Positions 17,464 through 25,707 of a stretch of DNA of 25,707 bases are shown here, piece by piece; the stretch's first letter is position 1, and each line of letters begins with the position of its first letter. The notes beneath the pieces are model-generated. The model did not search any database, had not been told where the DNA came from, and saw nothing but the letters and a program-made list of their open reading frames with translations. Where the stretch lies: NCBI GenBank assembly GCA_046543235.1, contig JBKGZT010000016.1:1-25707 (forward strand). The letters are read 5' to 3'. Made by a program: the position numbers and the translations under genes. The stretch comes from Candidatus Acetothermia bacterium (GTDB taxonomy: Bacteria > Bipolaricaulota > Bipolaricaulia > M55B111).

Positions 17464-18177
17464 GTGGCCGATAGCTTAATTCAAGAGTTACTGGACAGGA
17501 CCGAAGACCTGAGGGGTCGGCTTGTCAGGAGCGTGGTCCTGATAATCGTTTTTGCAGTCGTGGCTTACGTATTTAGGGACCGAGTACTATCTTTTCTCCA
17601 GCGGCCCCTTGTCGACAAGGAACTGATATTTATTCACCCGACGGAGGCCTTCTTTACTTACATCAAGCTATCCCTTTTCGTCGGGGTTCTGGTTAGTGTT
17701 CCCTACCTGTTGTACCAGTTGATTCAGGTTATATCGCCGTTCCTATCCAGGAGCGAACGGTTCAGCCGGGGTTTTGCAATAGGCCTTTTCGGATCGGGCA
17801 GCCTCTTCTTCTACGCGGGGGCGGGGTTCGCCCTGCTTGGGGTTTTGCCCTTTGCTCTTGATTTCCTCCGGAGCATAAGTGGTGAAAGCTTGGACCCCAC
17901 TTTCACGGTGGGTAATTATACTTCCTTCGTCATGTCTTTTACTCTGATCTTCGGTCTGTTATTCGAGATGCCAGTTATATCTTACGGCCTGGCAAGGCTA
18001 AATATAATCAGAAGGGAAACGCTGACGCGTCAGTGGAGGTTGGCCCTCATTAGCGCCGCAATATTGGCGGCCGTCTTAACGCCGCCCGACCCGATCACAC
18101 AGATGTTCCTCTTGGGTCCGTTGCTGTTGCTTTATGGTCTTTCGATCGTGCTTGCTGGAATCGCGGAGCCGGATTGA
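17464..18177 (+). CDS. tatC: Twin-arginine translocase subunit TatC (divergent paralogue)
   Basis: LRGRL, HPTEAFFTYIKLS, PYLLYQ, FGLLFEMP and AAVLTPPDPITQ, with six hydrophobic segments. Confidence 0.92.
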   Translation: MADSLIQELLDRTEDLRGRLVRSVVLIIVFAVVAYVFRDRVLSFLQRPLVDKELIFIHPTEAFFTYIKLSLFVGVLVSVPYLLYQLIQVISPFLSRSERFSRGFAIGLFGSGSLFFYAGAGFALLGVLPFALDFLRSISGESLDPTFTVGNYTSFVMSFTLIFGLLFEMPVISYGLARLNIIRRETLTRQWRLALISAAILAAVLTPPDPITQMFLLGPLLLLYGLSIVLAGIAEPD

Positions 18178-18226
18178 TTTTTAGTGGTTAAGTCAAGGTT
18201 TCAAATCTTGCACTTTTTACGATCCG

Positions 18227-18333
18227 TTATGAGCACCGGAAAGACTCCTTACCAGGGTTCCTCAAACTCCCTCGCTGGGGCTCGATCAGGCATACCCGGA
18301 CCCGGGTAAGGAGTCTTCCCGGCCATTTATGAG
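18227..18333. repeat. 25-bp imperfect inverted repeat flanked by 7-bp direct repeats (MITE-like or structured RNA)
   Basis: 18236-18260 (CCGGAAAGACTCCTTACCAGGGTTC) is complementary to 18298-18322 at 22 of 25 positions. TTATGAG occurs at 18227-18233 and 18327-18333. Confidence 0.75.
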
Positions 18334-18438
18334 TTTTGGATTCTAGTGTATGTTATGGTGAGAGAATTGAGTGGTATTACATTTTACGGCGAGATGGGTT
18401 AATATTTAGCCATAGAAGTTCGGAGGTGTTATAACTCT

Positions 18439-18702
18439 ATGTTTGGACTCGGACCGACCGAATTGATAATAGTCCTTGTAATAATTTTGGTGCTATTTGG
18501 CGGGGACAAGCTCCCCGAGTTGGCGCGTTCACTAGGAAAGGGCGTAAGGGAGTTCAACAAAGAAAAGCAGAAGATCCAGGAACAATACGATGAAACAAAG
18601 GAAGCCATAGACGTGGATACGGAAACCGGGGGCGGGGGAACGGATCGCGGCTCCGGAGATGATCAGGATGAAGAAGAAGCACCCGATGAGCGGGAAGAGT
18701 AG
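18439..18702 (+). CDS. tatA: Twin-arginine translocase subunit TatA
   Basis: MFGLGPTELIIVLVIILVLFGGDKLPELARSLGKGVREF followed by an acidic tail. SD is GGAGGTG. Confidence 0.96.
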   Translation: MFGLGPTELIIVLVIILVLFGGDKLPELARSLGKGVREFNKEKQKIQEQYDETKEAIDVDTETGGGGTDRGSGDDQDEEEAPDEREE

Positions 18703-18727
18703 TAACGCAACTTAACGTAATCTCTGA

Positions 18728-19456
18728 ATGAAAGACGAAGAGCGACCGCTAGGGGAGCATCTCGAGGAGTTGAGGAGCAGGATTATCAGCTCCCTGGTTG
18801 CGATCGTTCTGCTGGCAGGCGCGGCCTACTACTTTCGGACGGAATTGCTCGATTTCCTGCTTCGGGCATCGAACGAAGAGTCTCTTATCTATCTTCACCC
18901 CACGGAAGCCTTTTTGACCTACCTGAAACTGGCCATAATTACCGGCCTGATACTCTCGACGCCCTGGTTGCTCTATCAGGCCTGGAAGTTCATCCTTCCG
19001 GCATTGCTGGAGAACGAGGCCAGGTTGTTCCGACTCGGCTTCACCCTCGGTGGACTTCTCTTTTACGCCGGGATAGCACTTGCCGTAGTGATTGGAATAC
19101 CATATTCACTTATGTTTTTGGCCAGCGTGGGGGGAGAAAGTCTCGCCTCCAGTTTTACGGTCCGGAACTATATAACGTTTGCCTCCCTTTTGTCCTTTAC
19201 TACCGGTCTGATTTTCGAACTACCCCTGCTTATCTACCTGGTGGTCAGGCTGGGTTTCGTCAGCCCCGCCACTCTCAGGAAGAACCGAAAATACGTCATA
19301 GTGGTTGCTTTTACGACGGCGGCGTTCATCACTCCGACCGACTTCTTCTCGCAGGCCTTCATGGCTATACCTATGGTGGTTTTATACGAGTTGTCCGTCC
19401 TGCTGGTAGGCTTGGTTTTCGGAGAGGGTGAATCCGAAGATGGGGAGACCGGTTAA
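18728..19456 (+). CDS. tatC: Twin-arginine translocase subunit TatC (canonical)
   Basis: PLGEHLEELRSRI, HPTEAF, YQAWKFILPALLENE, FELP, ITPTDFFSQ and LYELS. Confidence 0.95.
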   Translation: MKDEERPLGEHLEELRSRIISSLVAIVLLAGAAYYFRTELLDFLLRASNEESLIYLHPTEAFLTYLKLAIITGLILSTPWLLYQAWKFILPALLENEARLFRLGFTLGGLLFYAGIALAVVIGIPYSLMFLASVGGESLASSFTVRNYITFASLLSFTTGLIFELPLLIYLVVRLGFVSPATLRKNRKYVIVVAFTTAAFITPTDFFSQAFMAIPMVVLYELSVLLVGLVFGEGESEDGETG

Positions 19457-19493
19457 AACAAGTATATAATGGAAGATAATGGGCCGAAATTAT

Positions 19494-19522
19494 TTGTGGA
19501 AATGCCGGAGTTTCCTTAAAAT
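19494..19522 (+). promoter_or_regulatory. Candidate promoter of the ABC importer operon
   Basis: TTGTGG (19494-19499), 17 nt, TAAAAT (19517-19522). A TATAAT also occurs about 25-30 nt further upstream. Confidence 0.35.
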
Positions 19523-19728
19523 AATTCCATATAAGCTTCAGTGAACTGTAATAGATACGAGGTGTGAATTTAACACTGGTCTCTACATTGGAGGTGATAG
19601 TGCGTTTTGGAGCTGAACATGGCAGGTCTTTTTCGACGATAGCCAGGCCAGAATGGTTTTGTTTCGCTTGAAGTACCTGATTTGGTTTTAGTTTCCTATT
19701 TTCTACCGTAAAACCTGAGGAGGTTCAT

Positions 19729-21522
19729 ATGTTTAGAAAAACCCTGATTGCAAGTTTAGCTGTATTAATTATGGTTTCCGGATTTGTCCTCCTCTCAGCT
19801 GGGAGGGAATCGAATTTGCCTAAGGACGCACTGGTTGTCCCCATTGGCATGGAGGACGAGGACTGGGGGATGGGCGAACTAGAACCGGGCATGCCCGGTG
19901 GTTCCATTACGTACGCAGCCACTTCCCTGCCAAAAACCTTCAACAACATGGTGGCTAGCGAGACTTCAAGCACCGACGTGACGGAAAACATCATGGCTGG
20001 CTTAACGGACACCAGTCCTTCTACCGGGAGGCTGGTGCCGGCCCTGGCAAAGGACTGGGATATATCCGACGACAAGAAGACCTATACTTTTTACCTGCGC
20101 GAGGGGCTCAAGTTTTCCGATGGAGAACCCCTGACGGCCGACGATGTCGTCTTCACCTTTAACGAACTCGTAGCGAACGAGGAGATTGAGGCCGACATGC
20201 GGGACCTGTTAACTATCGAAGGGGAACTTCCGGATGTAGAGAAAATAGACGATCATACGGTGCAGTTTACCACCCCGACAGTATTCGGCCCCTTCATCAG
20301 GACGGTCGGCGGAGTGATGATTTACCCTGAACACAAATTTGAAGACGTATCTGCGGGGGAGTTCAATAGTGCCTGGGGCCAGGAAGTCGCAAAGGATAAC
20401 CCGGAAGAGATAGTCGGCGCCGGACCGTTCCGTGTCAAGGAATACGTCCCGGAACAGAAGCTCACTCTCGAACGTAACCCTTACTACTATATGCGGGGAC
20501 CGAACGCCGTTCAGCTGCCCTATATCGACGAGTACACGCTTTTGAAAGTAGAGGATACCGACGCCCAGGCCCTTAAATTTCAGTCCCACGAGACGGACGT
20601 CTACGCGCCCGCTGCCGATAAAATATCTATGCTCTTAAAAAACGAGGAAGAAGAAGGCTGGAACGTGATGATAAATGAGGGACCACGTGGTGCCCCGGCC
20701 GGTACGGACTTCCTATCGTTCAACTGGGACGTTGAAGACGAGGCACTTGCCGATGTTTTTCAGGAGAAGAAGTTCAGGAGGGCTGTATCCCACGCCGTCG
20801 ACAGGCCGAGTATAATCGAAAACGTCTTCAACGGTTTAGCTGTAACTCAGGATAGCCCGATGTCCAAGCTGTCTCCTTACTACAACGAGGAAGCTGGAGA
20901 GGCTTTCCCCGAGGAATACGACCTCGACAAGGCTAGAAGCATGCTGGACGAGATGGGATTGACGGATACGGACGACGACGGAGTCCGGGAGTTGCCCAAT
21001 GGGGACGACCTTTCCTTCGAGATCAGGACCAATAAGGGAACCCAGCAGAGGGTTGATATCGGAAATACCATAGTTGATGACCTGCGGGAGATCGGAATGG
21101 ACGTCACCCTTAACCCGATTCAGTTTAATTCTTTGGTCCAGCAGTTGCAGGGTGGGAGCTACGAGGCCGTGATAATTGGATTAATAGGGGACCCTATTGA
21201 ACCCAATAGCGGCAACAACGTATGGACGACCGATGGTAGCCTTCACATGTGGCATCTAGACGCGAGCGAAAATCCGGTAGAGTGGGAAAAACGGATCGAC
21301 GAGCTCTTTAACGAAGGCCTGAAACAAATAGGGGTAGATAACCGAAGACCTTATTACGACGAATGGCAAAAGATAGCTGCCGAGGAGGTACCGCTTATCT
21401 ACACTGCCGATCAGGTTTACCTGTATGCCACCGAGGACGACGTCAGGAATACAGAGAGGTTCAGCCCGCTCGGGTCTTTCCTCGGTTTTGCCGAATTCGT
21501 CTGGGTAGAATCAAACGATTAG
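19729..21522 (+). CDS. ABC transporter substrate-binding protein, family 5 (peptide/nickel/oligosaccharide)
   Basis: Sec-type signal without a lipobox Cys. Family-5 signature PALAKDWDISDD..TYTFYLREGLKFSDG.PLTADDVVFTF, plus GAGPF, NPYYY and FRRAVSHAVDR. SD is AGGAGG. Confidence 0.95.
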   Translation: MFRKTLIASLAVLIMVSGFVLLSAGRESNLPKDALVVPIGMEDEDWGMGELEPGMPGGSITYAATSLPKTFNNMVASETSSTDVTENIMAGLTDTSPSTGRLVPALAKDWDISDDKKTYTFYLREGLKFSDGEPLTADDVVFTFNELVANEEIEADMRDLLTIEGELPDVEKIDDHTVQFTTPTVFGPFIRTVGGVMIYPEHKFEDVSAGEFNSAWGQEVAKDNPEEIVGAGPFRVKEYVPEQKLTLERNPYYYMRGPNAVQLPYIDEYTLLKVEDTDAQALKFQSHETDVYAPAADKISMLLKNEEEEGWNVMINEGPRGAPAGTDFLSFNWDVEDEALADVFQEKKFRRAVSHAVDRPSIIENVFNGLAVTQDSPMSKLSPYYNEEAGEAFPEEYDLDKARSMLDEMGLTDTDDDGVRELPNGDDLSFEIRTNKGTQQRVDIGNTIVDDLREIGMDVTLNPIQFNSLVQQLQGGSYEAVIIGLIGDPIEPNSGNNVWTTDGSLHMWHLDASENPVEWEKRIDELFNEGLKQIGVDNRRPYYDEWQKIAAEEVPLIYTADQVYLYATEDDVRNTERFSPLGSFLGFAEFVWVESND

Positions 21523-21530
21523 AAGAGTCT

Positions 21531-21568
21531 TCCAGCCGGTCGGCCGTCCGTCGACCGGCTGGATTTTT
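21531..21568 (+). terminator. Intercistronic stem-loop / leaky intrinsic terminator after the SBP gene
   Basis: TCCAGCCGGTCGG (21531-21543) pairs with TCGACCGGCTGGA (21551-21563), one pair being G-U, with a 7-nt loop, followed by TTTTT. Confidence 0.8.
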
Positions 21569-21573
21569 CAATT

Positions 21574-22578
21574 ATGACTTCTTACTTAATACGCCGCATC
21601 ATCTACATGATACCGACTTTGATACTGGTGTCGATTATCTCCTTTGGTGTAGTCCAGCTGATCCCCGGAGATTACCTGACTGAGCGCCAGATGGATCCGA
21701 CGATTTCCAGAGAGACGCTCGAGCAACAGAAGGAAAACCTCGGGCTCGATAAACCCCTGCCCATTAGGTACTGGAAATGGATCAAGGGCGTGGTTACCCA
21801 GGGTGATTTCGGTTATTCCTTCAGCAACTACCGCCCGGTTGCGGACGTGCTGTTCGAGGGTAGAATAGGGTTTACGATCTTTCTCGGATTGCTGAACCTG
21901 GTTTTCGTCTACCTGTTTTCCATCCCAATTGGGATATATTCAGCTGTCAACCAGTACTCCGTGCCTGACAACGTATTGACCTTTCTGGCGTTTATCGGTT
22001 TGTCCATACCGAACTTCTTCCTTGCCCTGGTTTTGCTCTACTTCATAGCCGTCCCTCTGGACGCGGGGGCCAACCTGGGTGTCGGGGGTTTGATGATCGA
22101 GAGGTACATGGGGGCGCCGTGGTTCAACGGTTTCGTCCCGAACATGGGAAAGATCACGAACTTCTTCTGGCACGTCTGGCCTTACATGCTGGCAGTTGGA
22201 ACTGCCTCTCTTGCAGGTGTCGTGCGGCTTATGCGGGGTCAAATGCTGGAGTTCATGAACAGGCAGTTCGCCCAGACCGCCAAGGCCAAAGGGCTAAGGG
22301 AAACCGTGGTTATCTACAAACACGTCTTCAGAAACGCGATAAACCCGATCATAACGAACTTCGGTTACGCCTTCCGAAGGCTGGTTTCCGGTTCTCTTAT
22401 TACGGCAATCGTTATGGGTGTTCCCACCGTCCAGAGGGCGTACTGGACCGCCCTCAACCAGCAGGACGAGCAGGTGATAATGGCCGGCCTCGTCTTCTTT
22501 GCGCTCATGTTGTTGGTCGGTAACTTGTTTGCCGACTTCTTGCTCGCTTGGAACGATCCCCGTATCCGATATGATTAA
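21574..22578 (+). CDS. ABC transporter permease, OppB/DppB-like
   Basis: YLIRRI..IPTL, PGD, GLDKPL..RY, GDFGYS, SIPNF, TAKAKGL....VIYKH..RNA and DPRIR. Confidence 0.96.
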   Translation: MTSYLIRRIIYMIPTLILVSIISFGVVQLIPGDYLTERQMDPTISRETLEQQKENLGLDKPLPIRYWKWIKGVVTQGDFGYSFSNYRPVADVLFEGRIGFTIFLGLLNLVFVYLFSIPIGIYSAVNQYSVPDNVLTFLAFIGLSIPNFFLALVLLYFIAVPLDAGANLGVGGLMIERYMGAPWFNGFVPNMGKITNFFWHVWPYMLAVGTASLAGVVRLMRGQMLEFMNRQFAQTAKAKGLRETVVIYKHVFRNAINPIITNFGYAFRRLVSGSLITAIVMGVPTVQRAYWTALNQQDEQVIMAGLVFFALMLLVGNLFADFLLAWNDPRIRYD

Positions 22579-22586
22579 AGGTGATC

Positions 22587-23711
22587 ATGTTGGCTGAAGA
22601 ATTTGAAGGCGGTACCAATGCGGAAGCTAGGGAGAGGTCACAATGGCGCAGGATGTGGCGCAGGTTCAGAAGGCACAGGCTGGGGCAAGTTGGTGGAATA
22701 ATCGTCTTGGTAGTTGCTTTAATTGTTTTTATGGCGAACTTTATCGCCCCTTACAACCACACCATACAAAAAAGGGACTTCTCCAACGTCCCGCCGACGA
22801 AGATCCATTTCACCGATGAGGACGGCCTGACCCGACCCTATGTCTACGGGACAAAGAAGGAGTACAACGAGTACTACGAAAAGGTCTACGTCGAGGATAA
22901 GTCGGAAAAGTACCCGATCAAGTTCTTCGTTAAGGGGGAAAAGTATAGCTTTTGGGGTTTGTTCGAAAGCAGGATACACCTGTTTGGAACGGGTACGGAA
23001 GAGGCCCCGTTGTTTCTGTTTGGGACGGATAAGTTTGGCAGGGATCTTTTTTCCAGGACTCTCTGGGGCGGCTGGATCTCGCTGTTGATCGGACCGTTCG
23101 CGCTGGTAACCACGTTGGTTATCGCCATCCCTATCGGGCTGCTTTCCGGGTATTTCGGAGGTTGGGTAGACATGTTAATCCAACGGTTGACCGAAGTGGT
23201 GATGGCTTTCCCGAAGCTGCCCCTGTGGCTGGCTTTAGCCATGGTCATTCAGGGTCTCCCTTCGGCTTACAGGTTTTTCTTCATCGTGGCTGTCTTTTCT
23301 CTGGTCGACTGGACCGGGCTTTCCAGAACTCTGCGCGGTTTGGTACTATCGGCTAGGGAGGAGGACTATACGATGGCGGCAAAAGCCGCGGGGGCGGGGC
23401 CGGTCAGAATCATGTTCCGGCATATCCTACCGAATACGACCACTTACCTGGTGGTTGTATCTACCCTTAGCATCCCGACCTGGATCATTTCCGAAGCTAG
23501 CCTGAGCTACCTTGGCCTCGGAATCAAGGAGCCGCAGACCAGCTGGGGGTTGCTTTTGAGCCAGGCCAACAACCTGGAGACGATAACCTCCTACCCGTGG
23601 TTGTTAATCCCAGGGGTCTTTATAGTAATTACCGTTCTGGCCTTCAACTTCTTCGGAGATGGTCTGAGGGATGCCGCGGATCCATTCACATCAGTCGGAA
23701 GTAACAAATAA
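22587..23711 (+). CDS. ABC transporter permease, OppC/DppC-like
   Basis: WRRFRRHRLG, FGTDKFGRDLFSR, EAA-like AAKAAGA...RIMFRHILPN, EASLSYLGLG, SWG and FN..GDGLRDA.DP. Confidence 0.96.
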   Translation: MLAEEFEGGTNAEARERSQWRRMWRRFRRHRLGQVGGIIVLVVALIVFMANFIAPYNHTIQKRDFSNVPPTKIHFTDEDGLTRPYVYGTKKEYNEYYEKVYVEDKSEKYPIKFFVKGEKYSFWGLFESRIHLFGTGTEEAPLFLFGTDKFGRDLFSRTLWGGWISLLIGPFALVTTLVIAIPIGLLSGYFGGWVDMLIQRLTEVVMAFPKLPLWLALAMVIQGLPSAYRFFFIVAVFSLVDWTGLSRTLRGLVLSAREEDYTMAAKAAGAGPVRIMFRHILPNTTTYLVVVSTLSIPTWIISEASLSYLGLGIKEPQTSWGLLLSQANNLETITSYPWLLIPGVFIVITVLAFNFFGDGLRDAADPFTSVGSNK

Positions 23712-23734
23712 GAAAACTGTAAACGGAAAAGGAA

Positions 23735-25528
23735 ATGTCGGAAGATACGGATCGGGGCCCTTTACGGGAAGTACGGAGGACTCTATACGGATTTGGTTTT
23801 AGCCTATTCGTTATTGGCGCCTTCGCCCTGTTATTTTTTTACGTGATCCCCACCTATTTTCGTTCCTCGGGGAGGGACTGGAAGCAAGAAAAAAGCCGGA
23901 CTATTACGCTCAATTACCTCCATACTGATGACTCCGGGGGTAAGGATTACGGTCCTTTGCTTCAGGAATTAACTGATTTCAGGGTTGAAGCAGTGGATAA
24001 GCTTGAACTAGACTCGGGCGAAGTCCCCGACAGGATCCACGTTTACCTCCACCGGGATCTGAATTCCCTGAAAACCGCGATTTCGACCAGGAGGAACTCG
24101 CCCGAAGTAGACGTACCGCTGGCGACGATGGACGTGATCGAAGGTAAACCGATCAAACCGGTACTGGTCCGGTTACTGACAACGTTTACCTGGGGGCGGC
24201 CTTCTTCGGAGTTCTTGCGACTTGGACTCCAGACGTACTTCTCGAACCAGTACGAGGAAATCCACTTAAGAGCTGCCGCCCTCGAAGGAACAGGTTTTTC
24301 CCTCGAGGAGATGGTCCTGCTGGAGGAATCCACCGATTATCTGAGGTCTCTCCAGGACCGGATCTACGACTCCTTTGATTCTCCCCGGGCTCCCGCGGGG
24401 CTAGATATGGCTACCGCCTCGTCCCTGCTACGATTCGAGGGAGCAGAAAGGCCCTTTCGGCACGAATTGGAGGTAAAAGCTGGGTCCTTCGTACAATATA
24501 TCATCAAAGAACACGGAGTAGAAAGTCTAAAAGAACTCTGGCAGAGGGGTTCACTCAAAGAAGGTATTGAGAAGGCCTTCGGCTCGTCGATTTCTGAGAC
24601 GGAAGAAAGCTGGAGGGATTACCTATCGAAGAAGGTCGAGAAAAGCAGCATTTATCGGTATTTTCGGGCGAGGTCCCTTTTCGAGCAGGGAAAACCCCTA
24701 GAGGCCCGGGAGGCTTTGAAAGGGGCAGACGAAGACCCCGGGTTTGCAAGCGAGACTTCCTACCTCCAGGGGAAGATGGCCTTTCTTTCCGGCGACTGGA
24801 AAAAGGCAAAGACTTTCCTGGAGCGGGTTTCAGGGGGCGGTACCTCCCGGTTCGACGAGACGGAAATCCGGGCGTTAGAAGAGCTGATTGCTCCCTACGA
24901 AGGTGGGGGTTTCCTCAAAACGGGAAAACTGTACCTTGCTTTCCCGGAAGCGACCCGGGACTTAGGAGAACTGGAACGGACAGTCGTCGATATCTGGGAA
25001 CGGGTTGAGAATAGGTTACCGACACTGGACTGGAGCTACGGGAGGTTCGTGGTCTTTCTCTCCCCCGAGGGAGCAAGCGGGTACTGGGAAAAGGTGGAAC
25101 TACCCGGTTGGGTGTTAGTTACCTCGGATCGGGAGGATTTGAGGTATCGGCTTGCAGAGCTGTTGGTCGGAGGGGCAAACAGGATTCCTACCTACTCAAA
25201 CCTCTTGCGCCAGGGGCTGATTCACTACCTAAGCGGGGAGCAAGTATTTCGGCAGGCAAGCGATTTGTTGGATGAGGGTCGATGGTCTCCCCTGGATGGT
25301 TTGACCTTCTCCGAGGAGGAAATATCGGATTCTGATTGGGAAGCTGCGGCATTCGTGGGTTTTCTGATCGAAAAGTTAGGATCGGAGCGGTTTTTGGAGA
25401 TTTGGGAATTTACGACACCGGTCGGTGGGGATCGGTCTCTGGAAGGTGCCCTGAAGGAAGTTCTTGGCCGAGGTCTAACGGAAGTAGAGCGGGAATTGAA
25501 GCAGTACCTGCAGGAGTGCCGACGGTAA
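23735..25528 (+). CDS. Membrane-anchored protein with two degenerate peptidase MA-like repeats separated by TPR-like helices
   Basis: A single N-terminal TM and an internal repeat (AGSFVQYIIKEHG...LKELW versus AAAFVGFLIEKLG...FLEIW). The centre is TPR-like (ARSLFEQGKPLEA, YLQGKMAFLSGDWKKAKTFL). Confidence 0.75.
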   Translation: MSEDTDRGPLREVRRTLYGFGFSLFVIGAFALLFFYVIPTYFRSSGRDWKQEKSRTITLNYLHTDDSGGKDYGPLLQELTDFRVEAVDKLELDSGEVPDRIHVYLHRDLNSLKTAISTRRNSPEVDVPLATMDVIEGKPIKPVLVRLLTTFTWGRPSSEFLRLGLQTYFSNQYEEIHLRAAALEGTGFSLEEMVLLEESTDYLRSLQDRIYDSFDSPRAPAGLDMATASSLLRFEGAERPFRHELEVKAGSFVQYIIKEHGVESLKELWQRGSLKEGIEKAFGSSISETEESWRDYLSKKVEKSSIYRYFRARSLFEQGKPLEAREALKGADEDPGFASETSYLQGKMAFLSGDWKKAKTFLERVSGGGTSRFDETEIRALEELIAPYEGGGFLKTGKLYLAFPEATRDLGELERTVVDIWERVENRLPTLDWSYGRFVVFLSPEGASGYWEKVELPGWVLVTSDREDLRYRLAELLVGGANRIPTYSNLLRQGLIHYLSGEQVFRQASDLLDEGRWSPLDGLTFSEEEISDSDWEAAAFVGFLIEKLGSERFLEIWEFTTPVGGDRSLEGALKEVLGRGLTEVERELKQYLQECRR

Positions 25529-25583
25529 GAGAGCCCTGCCAAGAGTTGATCCGGGAATTGAAAACGTGGCTCTTTTGGATTAA

Positions 25584-25707
25584 TCAGAGTTTTCCGGTTT
25601 CGTCCACGGATCCCGGATCGAGGGGATAAAAAACCGTCTTTTTTTCTTTTTTGCGGAGATCGCTTTTCTCGATGACCAGGGGAAGGTCGTAGGTAGCGGG
25701 AAGTTGT
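25584..25707 (-). CDS. Probable 3' end of an unidentified gene running off the window edge
   Basis: Open minus frame QLPATYDLPLVIEKSDLRKKEKKTVFYPLDPGSVDETGKL* ends at TGA 25586-25584, converging on the 597-aa gene. Confidence 0.4.
   Translation of the reverse strand, partial: QLPATYDLPLVIEKSDLRKKEKKTVFYPLDPGSVDETGKL

Noticed and set aside
18236..18325. tRNA-Sec, SRP RNA, TPP riboswitch or HDV/hammerhead ribozyme identity for the hairpin
   Set aside because: There is no cloverleaf or TTC loop despite a trailing CCA, and no CAGG-GNRA-AGCA SRP motif. The minus-strand CCTGATC..CCAGCG.AGGGA lacks the TPP TAAT loop and CTGAGA. The CCTCGCTGG resemblance to HDV L3 has no matching P1/P2, and there is no CUGANGA/GAAA core.
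25621..25652. Intrinsic terminator at the T-rich tract
   Set aside because: The stem is weak, and the tract is explained as Lys/Glu codons of the converging minus-strand partial gene.
1..25707. CRISPR array, rRNA, tRNA, integrase or transposase
   Set aside because: No regularly spaced repeats, RNA gene signatures or recombinase motifs were seen.

Overview
Gene-dense bacterial chromosomal window made mostly of housekeeping and transport genes, with no rRNA, tRNA, CRISPR array or intact transposase. In order it carries: an OYE-like NADH:flavin oxidoreductase, a membrane protein, a MATE pseudogene remnant, an archaeal-type dUTPase, a class III adenylate cyclase with a stand-alone cNMP-binding protein, an MBL hydrolase-trkH-trkA unit, an AMMECR1-mtaB-phoH-7TM/HD phosphodiesterase operon, LCP-rsfS, pgsA, cysS, an excisionase-like HTH protein, tatC-tatA-tatC, and a peptide/nickel-family ABC importer (SBP plus two permeases). 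The importer is followed by a membrane-anchored protein with two degenerate gluzincin-like repeats. The soluble proteins are strongly acidic, which suggests a halophile; a hypersaline Bipolaricaulota/Acetothermia-like lineage is my inference and is unverified. The best leads are: (1) a compact cyclic-nucleotide writer/reader/possible-eraser cluster next to K+ uptake genes and a c-di-AMP-type phosphodiesterase; (2) a duplicated pseudo-peptidase located where the ABC ATPase genes usually sit; (3) a tatC paralogue with altered signal-recognition residues; (4) two structured intergenic elements (2313-2434 and 18227-18333); and (5) candidate non-AUG or leaderless starts. Several starts are refined from the ORF track using SD spacing.
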